Source of the DNA: Podarcis filfolensis
Lineage: Eukaryota
Direction: 5' to 3' (one strand)
Length of the DNA stretch: 64,000 nucleotides
NCBI GenBank assembly: GCA_964270895.1
Contig: OZ185438.1
In this document: positions 1-11,916 of the stretch, piece by piece
How positions within the stretch are numbered: position 1 is the stretch's first letter
Layout of the letters: each line of letters opens with the position of its first letter
Position numbers and translations under genes: made by a program
Notes under the pieces: model-generated
What the model was told of the DNA's origin: nothing
Seen by the model: only the letters and a program-made list of their open reading frames with translations
The model's database searches: none

Positions 1-878
1 TGGTTACCATATAACTGACAATGTAGAAATATAACTGCACAAATGGTTTCCAAGCTATATAACACCTATACTGCACATTTATATATTTAGAATGAAATGC
101 ACACTAATACTGAATCTGAGGAGTGTGAGGTTAAAGAACAGTTAAATGAAGGCTGTGTGTGTATTTTGGTAGGCTTTTCCACTAGGCAACTTCAATGCAT
201 AGTGTTTGCTTCCTCATCATGTAGCAGAGGTCATGTTTCTTGTGGTCATGTTTACATATTTATTTGCTTATTTAAGGCATTTTAGCCTTTACCTGAAAAA
301 GATCCCAGAGTAGTAAGACAGTCCCTGGCTTCAGGCTTTCAATCTAAAAGGCACGGCATGCAAGGAAAAATGGAGGGGGAAGGAGAAATAAAGCAGTCTC
401 AGAAAACCAAGTTACTGTTTCTATAACAACCCACTGGAATGGAAGCGGTTCAGGTAGCCTGATGGAGTGGCTGCCACTAGATGATAGTTGAGGGAGGGCC
501 AAAGGCAAAACTGGTCTTTCAGCAGAGGAATAGCTTCTGTTTTTCTCTGCAGACTAAGCATAATATACAACTGAAAAGACCTATGTAAAATGTAGGAGTC
601 AATAGTGTGCTAACATGAACATAGGTTTTTTTTGTTTTTTGTTTTTTAAAAAACCTTTTCAGACCTTCAGTCTGAAGGTGTGGCTCCAGAAGAAAGGTTA
701 AACCTTTGTGTGTTCATTACAAAGTCTAAAATGAGTTCTATGTGCATTGTGATGTGTGCGCACTCAAGCACAACCACACATTCCAACCCTGGAGTACTTC
801 AGATCCAGAAGCCAGTGATGATGTGATAGCTCCCATGTTGACTACGGCTATGTTGCTGTGGAGCAGGGATGTTTAACC

Positions 879-1004
879 CAGAGGTGGGCAGTGTATGGCC
901 CTCCAGATGTTGTTAGACTCCGCTTTCCAGCAGCCACTTGACAAGTAATCATGGATAATAGTAGCCCAGAAACATCTTGGGGGCCATCGGTTAGGCCACC
1001 TCTG
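879..1004. mobile_element. hAT-type MITE, 126 bp
   Basis: Perfect 9-bp TIR CAGAGGTGG…CCACCTCTG; 8-bp TSD gtttaacc/gtttaaac (7/8). Confidence 0.85.
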
Positions 1005-2354
1005 GTTTAAACTTTCTGTTCCACATCATATTGCCACTCTAAATCACTTCCCCAACACTACATAGCCTATTGGAGAAATCAAATAGAAACAGGAATCTGA
1101 AACAAGTAACCAGATTCCTCCATTCCCCACATTAGATTTGGAGAGAATATTTAGATAGAGAAAATGGCATAGAGAAAAGGTTTTAAAAAGTCCCCCAGTA
1201 CTGATAAAATTTAGGCACCTCTGCCATTGTTTTAAATGTTAGAAACAACAGTAGTGATCAGGACGTCTGATAACAGATATCCCAGGTGATCTTGATTTTG
1301 CTCATTAGATAGCATGTATTCTATATGTCATATTTTCTGGAAGACTATGACAGAACACAAATGGGTTTGTCTGGGGCAACTCCAGTAGTAAATAAATGGG
1401 ATGTTCTAATGCATTCATCTGGCTGGATGCTCAGCTTTTTGTTTTCAAAACTGGATCCAAGGTTCTTAATGGTCAAGATTTGAGATGTGACCTGATAAAA
1501 AAAAATTCAAAAGTTGATTAGAATGGAAATCATAATAGAAATTTGTGAGAAACCAGGGTTCATTTTTTTCTCCCACCAAAGGAAAAGAGGACTAATTTTT
1601 GAAATTACATGAAGCACTTCCATTTATCTCTGCAGATTACGTAGAATTCTAATTCAGCAATGTTTCTGGAAGGAAAATGTCACTTTCCAATAATGCAGGT
1701 CAGGAAGCAGAGGTTCAAGCAGGAAAGTAAACGTGCGGTTCATAGGCTAGCAAGCAAGAGAGCTGGAAGCGGCAGTTACGCATTGTCTCTGTGATTTCCT
1801 GCTGATTAAAAATGTCACTGATATCTTTTGCAACACAAAATGAGTCTCCATATTTCATTATGACAGAAATGGTTGATCACAAGTCTAATGAAAAATATAT
1901 TCTCTTCTCACAGCAATGCAATACTCTGGACATTCACACAATTGGAAATATTTGTAAACTTAGTGACAGCTAAGCAAAAGCGACCTCAAGATACATCTTG
2001 GCACGCAAAAATCAGTAGCTTGGGAAGATAGTGCTAAAGACTGTAATCATGTGATCATTCTATTATCAAAATATTTTGACACACCACAAGGAGTCATACT
2101 GTTTAATATGTGATACTGCTTTGAAAGGGGATGCTGTAAAAAAAAAAAAGTATTACAAAATGCCTTCGAATGTGCTTTACAATTACAGGGGCTGCTTTTA
2201 AAAGCAATGCTATTGGCTGCAACATATACACTGTGCTTTGTTTAATTACCTATAGGGAAACCAAGGGACTATAAAAGTTGGCTGTTCAGGAAATATTCAC
2301 AGTACTATTTTAACAGCATAAAGATAAGAGAATAGGTATATATTGTTTTCTTCT

Positions 2355-2710
2355 TGGAAGCTGGTCCCAGACTTTGGAACTCCCTCCCTAGAGCAGCTAG
2401 ACTGGCTCCCTCCTTGCTGTCCTTCCTTCCATCGGCAGGTGAAGACTTTCTTGTTCCAACAGGCTTTGGGGAATTGATTACTTTTTAGTCACAGAACTGG
2501 TGCTGTGCTGCTTTTATTGTAATTACTGGTGTGTTCACATACACACACACAGAGAGAGAGAGACAGAGAGAGACAGAGAGAGAGCGCTTTAATTCAATCA
2601 ATGTTTAACTGTTTTTGATTGATTGAATTTTCTATGTTTTTATCAATATCTGTTTTTATCTGTAAGCTGCCTTGAATCCCTTCAAGGGAAATGGTGGGGT
2701 ATAAATAAAT
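2355..2710 (+). mobile_element. L2-type LINE 3' fragment with an internal (CA)n(GA)n microsatellite
   Basis: ctttggaactccctccct…gactttcttgttccaacaggcttt, AT-rich 3' UTR and tail tgtaagctgccttga…ggtggggtataaataaat, typical of squamate L2. Confidence 0.65.
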
Positions 2711-2812
2711 CTATACTAGTAACAATAATTTTAGCTGCTAGTATGTACATGCCAGCGGACAGACACTTTTTGTGTCACTGACCCCATGAAGACATCAGTT
2801 CCCATTTTACAT

Positions 2813-2956
2813 GGATAGCACACTTGGTTAGAGCATAGTGCTGATAATGCCAAGGTTGCAGGTTCAATCCCTGAAAAACAAAGCTACATATTCCTGCATT
2901 GCAGGGGGTTGGACTAGATGATCCTCAGGGTCCCTTTCCAACTCTATGATTCTGTG
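2813..2956 (+). mobile_element. tRNA-Ile-derived SINE with CR1-type tail
   Basis: Head ggatagcacacttggttagagcatagtgctgataatgccaaggttgcaggttcaatcc (A and B boxes); tail attcctgcattgcagggggttggactagatga…ctctatgattct. Confidence 0.8.
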
Positions 2957-4838
2957 TTTATGTCTACACTAGAGGCAGTCTGCAAACCTGATTGACAAGA
3001 GGAGCTCAACCATTATAACAATACTTTCAGATATTACTTCGGTTTTACGTGAACTAGCTTACTCCATTCTAGATCCTCATGATTGCTGGGCAGTGAGCAC
3101 TAAGGAAACACTGGGACTACAGGATCTGAACTAGATGAAAGGATAAATTTAGCTCATTATCAGTCATCATATTAATGATACATCATTCAAAATATTCACA
3201 AACATTCCCCCAGTACCCCCACAGAGGAAAATAAACAAGATGGTGTAGTACCGTAAGGATCCTTTGACAATCTAATGCTTGGAATAAATAGAATTATTCC
3301 CAATTGGCACCAGAGGCCCACCTTTCAGTTCATAGCTATGATAGGAATATAGTTAAATAGTTAAAGAAACTGCAAAAATTTAGATATATAATGAAGTGAC
3401 AACCACCCTGGACTTTATCAAATGTTCACTTTCTTACGTTTCCCCTGCCTTCCTTTCACCATGCTGCTCCTTCTTCAATGGCCCAAGAGGGTATATGAAA
3501 TGAATGACACTAGTCATCATGACCTATGCTATTCACAGCAGGTAACGATGGGCATCTAGGGCCCATATTCTAAAGTATTCATTGCTGTTTCACAAACCTG
3601 AGGGATAGGCTATGATTTAAATGTGAATACATTCATTAATTACCAATATCTGTAAAGTCACAATATGGAACTGCACAGATTTCTGTGAACCATTTTCCAA
3701 AGATTTCTTCTTCGAAATAAATGCTGGGAAGGTGCTGCGCAAAGGTTGCCTCAGCTAGCGTGCAATTGTTTTATACACTTTCCCCTTACTTCATTCTTTT
3801 GTGAACATCTCTGGAATAAGTAATTACTGTGGGAACACTTCTTTACAGCTCTTCTCAAACAGTGAAATTGGCAGAGGTTGGTTTTATAAAGTTCACAAAC
3901 TGAATAGTGCCTTATTGCCATAAACAAAGGGATTTTAACTACAAGCATTAAAATACACTAAGAATATGAGATAAGCAAATCTGTGAATAAAGATAAGTCT
4001 TTAATTGACAAGAAAATGAAGGATTAAGCTAATGCAGCATTATAAGCAATATGCCAAGGATTCAAACTCTGGCCTACATCACTGTTTCGGACTAAGTGAT
4101 TATAAAAGCTTTTTAAATGATAGAAAGCAGGACTCCTGAGAGACATTCTCAGCCTAAAATTCACAAGATCGTGCACAGTTGCTCCAAAGCCTCCTGTCAG
4201 CCTTCTGCATGTGCATATATATGTATAACTACTTAAGATAATTGAAGTCTTTACACATTAATTAAAAATAACCTGAAGACCTAAGAAAGAAACACAAACA
4301 CTAGAATTCACAGAGCTTCTCATAAACAAGAAAGAGATAAAAAATGTTGTTGTTTTTTAAAAAGTGAATGCTGTATTAAGAAAAGTTCACTCTTTATAAT
4401 GGGTCATAAAAATATGATGCAAAACAATATTCTCTCTGTCTGATCCACAACATGGATATAAAAACACTATCCTACCTTATAGGTCTGCTAAAAGGACCAC
4501 AAATATACTGTAACTAAAGCTCTGGAAATTTGATATCTAGGTGACCAGTAGCCACATACCTGGTGTTGCTTGGGAATTCTAAAAAACCAAAAAAGCCATG
4601 CAGTTTTGAAATTAGTGGATAAAATCAGTGCAGTTTTAAAAGGTTCATTTTTAAAAGGTCTGCCATCTTTACTAAAAATGGCATCTAATCCTACCCAAAC
4701 ATAAACAAAAACGTGTTCAGGAACCAACATGCAAAATTGGTTCAAATCAGTGGAGTTTTGAAAGGTTTAGTCTTTTTTATTTTCATCCCCAGCTGTAACC
4801 AATCAGCCTAGAGTGTCACTCCTAACTATTAAAGAAAA

Positions 4839-5213
4839 GTTCTTTAAAGCTACAAGCACCTTTTTCTGTTTCTTTACAGAATGACTTCCTAACACCCCCT
4901 TTCATTCAAACAGAAACAATACAATGCCATAAATATATACAAAACATATTTATACATCATGCAACACAACTCCTAATTTTGTCACCAGTTGTGCATGTTT
5001 CTCAAATGTTAGGGCTTTCATAAATATATCTGACACATTTTGCTTGCTCTCACAGTATTTCAACATTTTGAAGTTTTGTTTAATATTTTCTCTTACATTT
5101 TGATTTTTAATCTCTATATGTTTTGATTTACCTTTAAACTGCTCAGAATCTACCAAAGAGATTACTGCTTGATTATCCTCCCATATTTGTACTGGATAAT
5201 GACGTTCCTAACA
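4839..5213 (-). mobile_element. Internally deleted Ty1/Copia LTR retrotransposon (RNase H C-terminus, PPT, short 3' LTR)
   Basis: Minus frame PVQIWEDNQAVISL…KSKHIEIKNQNVRE…LKYCES…VSDIFMKAL…LG* is a Ty1-type RNase H. PPT gaatgaaaggggg (4907-4895) abuts TGTTAGGAAGTCATT at 4894; the same LTR start recurs at 5213; TSD gaaaa at 4834-4838 and 5214-5218. Confidence 0.85.
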
Positions 5214-5464
5214 GAAAACCTGCTCCTTGATATCAGGAACTATCATGCAAAATTGGTTACAGTATCTCAGAAGATGTCCTAATGCATAACAAACAAGTAA
5301 ACAACTTTCCAAAAATATACGATGATGAGTCTAATTAGAATTATGATGATGCTTAGGCCCACAACATGCTTGTATTAGCTAAATAAAATGTCTGACTCTT
5401 CTCTTTGAACAGCTGTTTCATTCCATATTACAAACTTTTTAAAACAATGTTCACAACTTGGACT

Positions 5465-5817
5465 CATGGAGGGGTGGCATGTCCCATTTTACTGCCTGAA
5501 ATGGAAAGTGCTGCCCCATTCTGCTCACCCCTGGTGCCTCCGCTGCCACTGCAGAACCCACCTCTTTGGTGCCACCATTGCATCCACTTTTGTGGCAGAG
5601 AAGCGGCACTGCCATTGTCACCAATTTCTGGCAAAATCTCTTGTGATCCATGCAACCTTGTGAGATTCAGCAAGATCTTGCAGAAAATGAGCACCAATGA
5701 CAATGATGCTTCTCAACCAGAAGCAGGGTCAGTGCGGTACTCACAAGGATGCGGCCTTGGGGCTTCCACCGCCTGAGGTAACTGCTTCACCCAGCTTAAT
5801 GGATGGGCTGGCTCTGG
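5465..5817. mobile_element. GC-rich non-autonomous DNA transposon fragment (hAT-like end)
   Basis: GC-rich block in AT-rich surroundings ending gggctggctctg, like the terminus of the 17777-18284 element. Left end not resolved. Confidence 0.4.
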
Positions 5818-6137
5818 GCTCCTGAAACTTGTTTCAAACAGTCAGTTGATCTAAGCTTAATGGGTGAGTTCAGAAATGTTCATTTTGCCTGAGCGCACTG
5901 CACACCTATAAATGTTAGACTCCATCAGCTATCTGTAATTATAAGGCATCAGCCCAGTATCAAATCCCATGTAAGATACTAAGGCAATCATCAATGTAAC
6001 TAATTTGTTTAGTGTCAGTTCCAACTCTCACCCCCAGACAAATTTTTGCTTTGCATATTTCAGAGTTCTCAAAAGTCGTATCTTAAAAAACTCATAGCAA
6101 AAAACCTTGTGCTAAATCCTGTCAAAAAAAATTAGTA

Positions 6138-6379
6138 CAGTGGTACCTCGGATTACATACCCTTCAGGTTACATATGCTTCAGGTTACAGACTCCGCTAA
6201 CCCAGAAATAGTACCTCAGGTTAAGAACTTTGCTTCAGGATGAGAACAGAAATCGTGCTCCGGCGGCATGTCAGCAGCGGGAGGCCCCATTAGCTAAAGT
6301 GGTACCTCAGGTTAAGAACAGTTTCAGGTTAAGAACTGACCTCCAGAACAAATTAAGTACTTAACCCGAGATACCACTG
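6138..6379 (+). mobile_element. Tc1/mariner (Tigger-type) MITE, family A
   Basis: TA|CAGTGGTACCTCGG…CCGAGATACCACTG|TA; shares its body with the copies at 11699, 26114 and 63192. Confidence 0.9.
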
Positions 6380-8400
6380 TACTGTATTCTCAACCAACAC
6401 TCAGTTACAATTTAACTATTTACTTTCTATCTTTAGCATATATTTTGCTAAACAAAGTTGCCAATTTGTTTGTCTTGCAAACAGAGTAAAGAACATGCTT
6501 ATGCTTGTACTGTCAACAATGCCCTCCAATTCTAATTATAGATATTGTGGCATATTTCAAATGCCTGAATTGCTATATAAATACCAACACTTTCTGAGAA
6601 AATAATATTCATGCAAAAAACCCCTGAAAATTATAGAGTTGGCATTTCTTTAGGTTTTGAATATGGACATAGGTATGATAAAAATGCTTCATATACTTTT
6701 TGGTCACTTTGTATGTAAGTTTAAATATTGCCCTGCCCCACCCATCACTTTTTTGTTTCATTTCTTAAGACAGAAAAAATAGTCTTGCTGCATTAAGACC
6801 AATCTTTCTAGTTCAGGTAATAATATCCTAGACAGGACCAGATGCTGCAAAAGATGAGTTAATTAAAGCAGGGTTGGAAAAGTCTATCAAAGCCACTATG
6901 TGCTTCATTACCCAAACTCAAATAGAAGTTGTTTACATCACCCTCAAATCTGAACAACAAGCTCTTTCAATATTCTTTCCACTACAGTCGCAATTCATAA
7001 TGGCACTGCAGTGAGAATGGCAGCATTGCCTGTTCCAAATATTTAAATCTCTAATAAGTAAGAAAAAAGAAAAAAAAGGTACTAAGGAGAACTAAGCCAA
7101 CTATGAAAAAGGGGATTCAATTAAAGTGTCTTTTAAAAGAAACTAAAGAGCACTGAAAAGAACTGGCAGAATTTGAAAAAAGCTAAGCTGCATACTGAAA
7201 CACAAGGAAGCACCAGAGAATCTCAACTTGCCTTGAGTGCAAGTGGAAGTCTACCTGTCCAGCTCTGATTACCAGTCCATCAAGTTTCTAAATAGCCACT
7301 GTTAGCAATAAAAGCTTTCAGGCACTCAGTTACGGTCTAAATGGATTCCACAGGCATGAGGCTCTTCTACTAAATGAAAAGACATGTCTGCCTTCAGGCA
7401 TGAAAAAAAAATCTGGACAAAGAAATTTGTAGAAAGTAACCAATGAATACAGTGTGTGTGAGTGCGCCTGGTGGAAGAAGTTTCTCTATAATAAATTCAA
7501 ATGCATTTCCAAACTTTCCACCCCACCTCTTTCCAAACTCAACTTCAAATCTAACATGTCAAAAATATCAAGATTCGCTTTTTTCTCTTTCGAAAAATAC
7601 AGTCTAAGTTGCTTAAAAATCAACCTTAGAATCAGCAGAAAAGGCTGCTTAAAGAAGCAAGCAAGCACTAACTTTTAAAACTGATAAGGTAGAGCCTCTC
7701 TGAGGGAAGGGGGATTTATAAGTGGCGCCCTGTTCTAGAGGGCCCCATGCTTTAACTTGATCTTATTTCATGACATCAAAATCAGAATTTCACTATATTA
7801 TTTCACAACAAGTTAGTTGATTTGGGAGCAATGGCTTCTCTCACTACACTAGCCCAAGGTCATAAAGGTCATACAGGTAATAATGACCAGCAACTGAAAT
7901 TGTGTTCAGCAGCAAGGAGGAAGGCAATGTCATGGATACAAAACAGGACGACTTATCAACTAATAAAAGATAGGCAGCTCTTCAATGGCAACAGTGTATA
8001 AGATGTATTATGGAAGCCCATCAATGATCATACAAAAGCATATGCAATTATCCTTTCCTAGCAGCTTCCAATAAATCAGGGCTCCATTATTTTGGTACAT
8101 CATGACGATAAGCCACATAACAGTGGTCCAGTAGCCAGGCCACAACACCTGGCTATTTTACTTACTCATTGCCTTACACCAGTTTTCTCAAGGAAATCTA
8201 CACAATAAAACTTACACAATACACTCCAATAACAGTGGGTTACATATAAAAATTATAAAATATTAGATAGTCAACTGGATCACTACAAGCAATCACACAA
8301 TTATTAAAACCTTCTCCAACAACCTAAGCATGATAAGGAACCAGATTTTAATAGCAGGAGTAGTAGTAGGAGTAGTAATTAGAACATTGGACCCACATAT

Positions 8401-8603
8401 TCATAAAATCATAGAATCGTAGAGTTGGAAGGGATCCAAGAGTCATCTAGACCAACACCCTGCAATGCGGGAATCTCAGCTAAGGCATCCATGACAGATG
8501 GCCATCCAGCCTCTGCTTAAAACATCTCCAGGGAAGGAGTCCACAACCTCCCGAAGGAGATTGTTCCACTGTTGAACAGCTCTTACTGTCGGAAAGTTTT
8601 TCC
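8401..8603 (-). mobile_element. CR1 LINE 3' end
   Basis: Reverse complement of the CR1 tail (atcatagaatcgtagagttggaaggg…gttccactgttgaacagctcttactgtcggaaag). Confidence 0.85.
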
Positions 8604-10453
8604 GTTTTTGAAACATCTCCAATTTTCTCTACCTACTACAATGGCTTCTACTGTATCTAATGTTACTCTAAGAAATCTGCAGCATTCCAGCTTTTGAGGC
8701 AGCAGTTCTGAGGCTATAGAAGTCCTTGCATGTGGGAATGAAGGAGGCTCATATGGTCATTTGTCGGCTGGCCCCTGAAACAAAACTTTGCTGGCACTGA
8801 TTTATGGTTCAATTCAGGATCCATGCAGGTACTGATGGTGTTAACAGGATTTTTATGATGCTCATATGTTGCTCCATGGCAGGGCTCAAAAGAACAGAAG
8901 CCTGCAGCCGTTTCTCCTAATCCAAGCAGAGGGGCTAATCTGAAGGGTTTGTGACCAATAAAATAGGTTGTGGTGTGTGCTTGGTTGCAAGGCTGTTTGT
9001 GTGTGGTGCCCACAACATTTTGTCTGGTTTACAAATCTGCCCACAGGCTACCAAAGATTGGTGACCTCTGTTATGTATCTTATAATCTCTCTCTAGAAGG
9101 AGACCATTAATGATACATATTAATAAATGTTGCATTGTGTGTACATGCTTCCCAGCTCCTGATGATTGATCTGTTCATTAAAGTACAGAAGACAATAGCA
9201 TTAGATGAAATTAGGAGTATACACAAAGCAGAAGCAGCTTTGACTGCAATGCTTTCAAATCCAACTGCAACTTTTTCATGATGTTTTAATATTTTCCATT
9301 TCCAGCTGGAGAAAATCCTAGAGAATTTCAGGAAGCGAAATTCTGACTATACCCCTTTACAATTTGCTGTTCATTGTCAAGTTCATGAAAGTCACTCCAC
9401 CTCAATTGTTTTTCTGTGTTTTTATCCTTCAATAAGTAACATTTTGTGATTTCAAAAGGCACAGGCATAAATGTCATGCGAAGTAAAAGACTTGGCACAA
9501 TATTTCATGAATGCATTTCTGCTGGCAATCACCTCCTTTTGCTTCAGCACCCATCCAACGTGAAAAGCACTTGCTTGCATCTTGAGCAACGAGCATATCA
9601 ACAACACTTGTCACATGAAGCTGAATTTGCCTTCTGACCTTCAGTTGTTCTCTTCACTGCACAGAACACAATTTGTTTTCACTACCCAGAAAGCTGCTTT
9701 TGTGGTTATGGCAAGTTCTGTGAAGGGTCGTCAATGCAAGATGACAATGCCTGCTTTTTTCAGACCATTCCAGCAGAAAGCCTGTCTTGTTCCTTATGAG
9801 TGAAAGTTATTCTGAAACTACAAGACAAGCCCCTTTGCTACACACAACAATGGCATTGCTTGCTTGTATAGCAAATGCTTATGTCAACCTGTAGACGCCC
9901 TACTTCCCAGAAAGTAAGTTGGTGTTTAAATATAGACACATGCTATTACTTAAAGTTTCAGAGGTATGAGTTCTTAAAGGGGTGGGGAAATTAAATGGAA
10001 GTATTTCATCTTCCTTGAAATTCTGTATTTAGAATACTGTGTATTTCTACCGTTTAGATGTCTATGACTACTTCAGGTTCCAACAATGGTTACTGAAAAC
10101 CTAGAGTTGTATCCAATCCTGTGCAAGAGCAAGGCTGCTTATTGAAGGGCAATTCCCTATCCTGCCACACACCACTTGGTGCCCTCACCCGCATCCCAGG
10201 CCTTTCCTGAAGGCCCTATTGAGGGAAAGGGGCATGGGGGACTGCAGTGAAGAGGATTCTGTAATGCTCCTTCTGCAGGCTACCTTGTCATCATGGAGAA
10301 TTGAATACCACCCATAATGTCTCTAAAATGCTTCAGCCCCATACGAAAATGGTCGTTTTCCCACAACAGGTAATATGTAGCCTGGTTAGAAACCAGATTG
10401 GTCTAGTTTGTAAGAGTCTGGAGGCTGACTATCTCATCATGCCTAATACTACA

Positions 10454-10694
10454 CAGTGGAACCTCAGTTGTCAAATGCTTCAGAAGCCAAACAATTCAGA
10501 ACCTGAACACCGAAAACCTGGAAGTGAATGCTTCCATTTCTGAACGAGCCTCAGAAGTTGAACGGCTTCCGAGCCACGTTTCTCCATTTTTTAAAAGGAA
10601 TTTGTCAACCGGCAATTGAGCCTCAATAGTCAAACATTTCAGAAGTCAAACAGTCTTCTGGAACGGATTACGTTCGACAACCAAGGTTCCGCTG
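10454..10694. mobile_element. Tigger-type MITE, family B
   Basis: CAGTGGAACCTCAGTTGTC…GACAACCAAGGTTCCGCTG|TA imperfect TIRs; left TA appears mutated to CA. Confidence 0.75.
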
Positions 10695-11698
10695 TATAAG
10701 CTTCAGGCCAAGTCTTTGAGAAATGACTCAGGAAGATCCCAGTCCTTTATCTAATATCAGGCCAAGTTCAAGGGGTTACTATTAGTATATAAAGTTTAAA
10801 CAGCTTAGAGCTCTTCTTATAATCAAGCAGTATATAAATGTTGCTAAATATATGAAAAACACATTTGCCCTGACAAAATTGTTATAGCAACCATACACTG
10901 AATGGTATTGCACCATACATACTTCCTTCTCCCAGTAATATGGAATGATGGTGGAGGAATGAGAAAAAGGTACAGGGTGTTGTCATTTGAGAAACAAGAA
11001 GCACTGCACAATTTCCACTCACCCTCTTTTCCAGCGCTGTAGAACAAAGAGAGGAAACTAGCACAGGGAAATTCAACAAGCACACGGAAAGATTTGGAGA
11101 TTCATGAATCTATATCTTCTTTCAGGCCCCAAACCTTCCATATCCACTGCATTTCTCGTGTCTCTCATTCTCTTGATTAAACTGATGACAACAGTTTTTT
11201 TTGGGGGGGGGGACTTGAAGTAATGGCATCTTTACTCTTATACACCACCACCCATATTCCAACAACGGTATGGCTATTCAATATTAAGGTGAATATACAA
11301 GACTCAGGCCCACTAATTATAATACTATTAAAAAGCCCATATTCCCTAAGGCTTCCAACATTTTTTAAAACTGATGACACAGTTGTTATCATGAGTAAGT
11401 AAGAAGAAATTATTATCTTGTTCTATGAAAATGAACTCATTCTATAATAGTCTATTTTGCCAAGGTTCAGGCAACATTTAATTGCAAAAGTAGCCATTTT
11501 GGCTCTCTCTCCTCCTCCCGTGGTTCCTCAACACAATTCAGCTCCAAGGGTCTCCCACCCGCCAGCATAGATTGAGAGGCATGTGGAGGGGGGTGTTTCA
11601 CATGCAAAGGCCTATCATGCAAGTGGAACACCACAACTGGACATCATCTTTAATGTTTTCATTCCCATTTACTTTGTAACTCTCATATATTCTGTATA

Positions 11699-11916
11699 CA
11701 GTGGTACCTTGAGTTAAGTACTTAATTCGTTCTGTAGGTCCGTTCTTAACCTGAAACTGTTCTTAACCTGAAGCACCACTTTAGCTAATGGGGCCTCCTG
11801 CTGCCGCTGCTGCACGATTTCTGTTCTCATCCTGAAGCAAAGTTCTTAACCCGAGGTACTATTTCTGGGTTAGCGGAGTCTGTAACCTGACGCGTATGTA
11901 ACCTGAGGTACCACTG
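11699..11916 (-). mobile_element. Tigger-type MITE, family A
   Basis: TA|CAGTGGTACCT…AGGTACCACTG|TA; reverse orientation relative to the 6138 copy. Confidence 0.9.

Noticed and set aside
474-487. CTCF-like CCACTAGATGATAG
   Set aside because: Two mismatches in the critical GGC positions and no upstream motif.
4162-4171. cacaagatcg, a 10-nt match to the reverse complement of the miR-99a 3' end
   Set aside because: No seed match and no hairpin; a chance match. No miR-99a, let-7c or miR-125b sequence was found in the window.
4564-4894. A 331-bp Copia 3' LTR ending …CCCAAGCAACA at 4564
   Set aside because: TGTT…AACA fits, but there is no matching TSD. The 4839 boundary has a 5-bp TSD, and 4620-4830 belongs to the host repeat.
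7486-7668. 60-aa minus ORF with …KKANL…LERGGV, faintly like an L1/Tx1 ORF2 segment
   Set aside because: Similarity too weak to call without a profile search.
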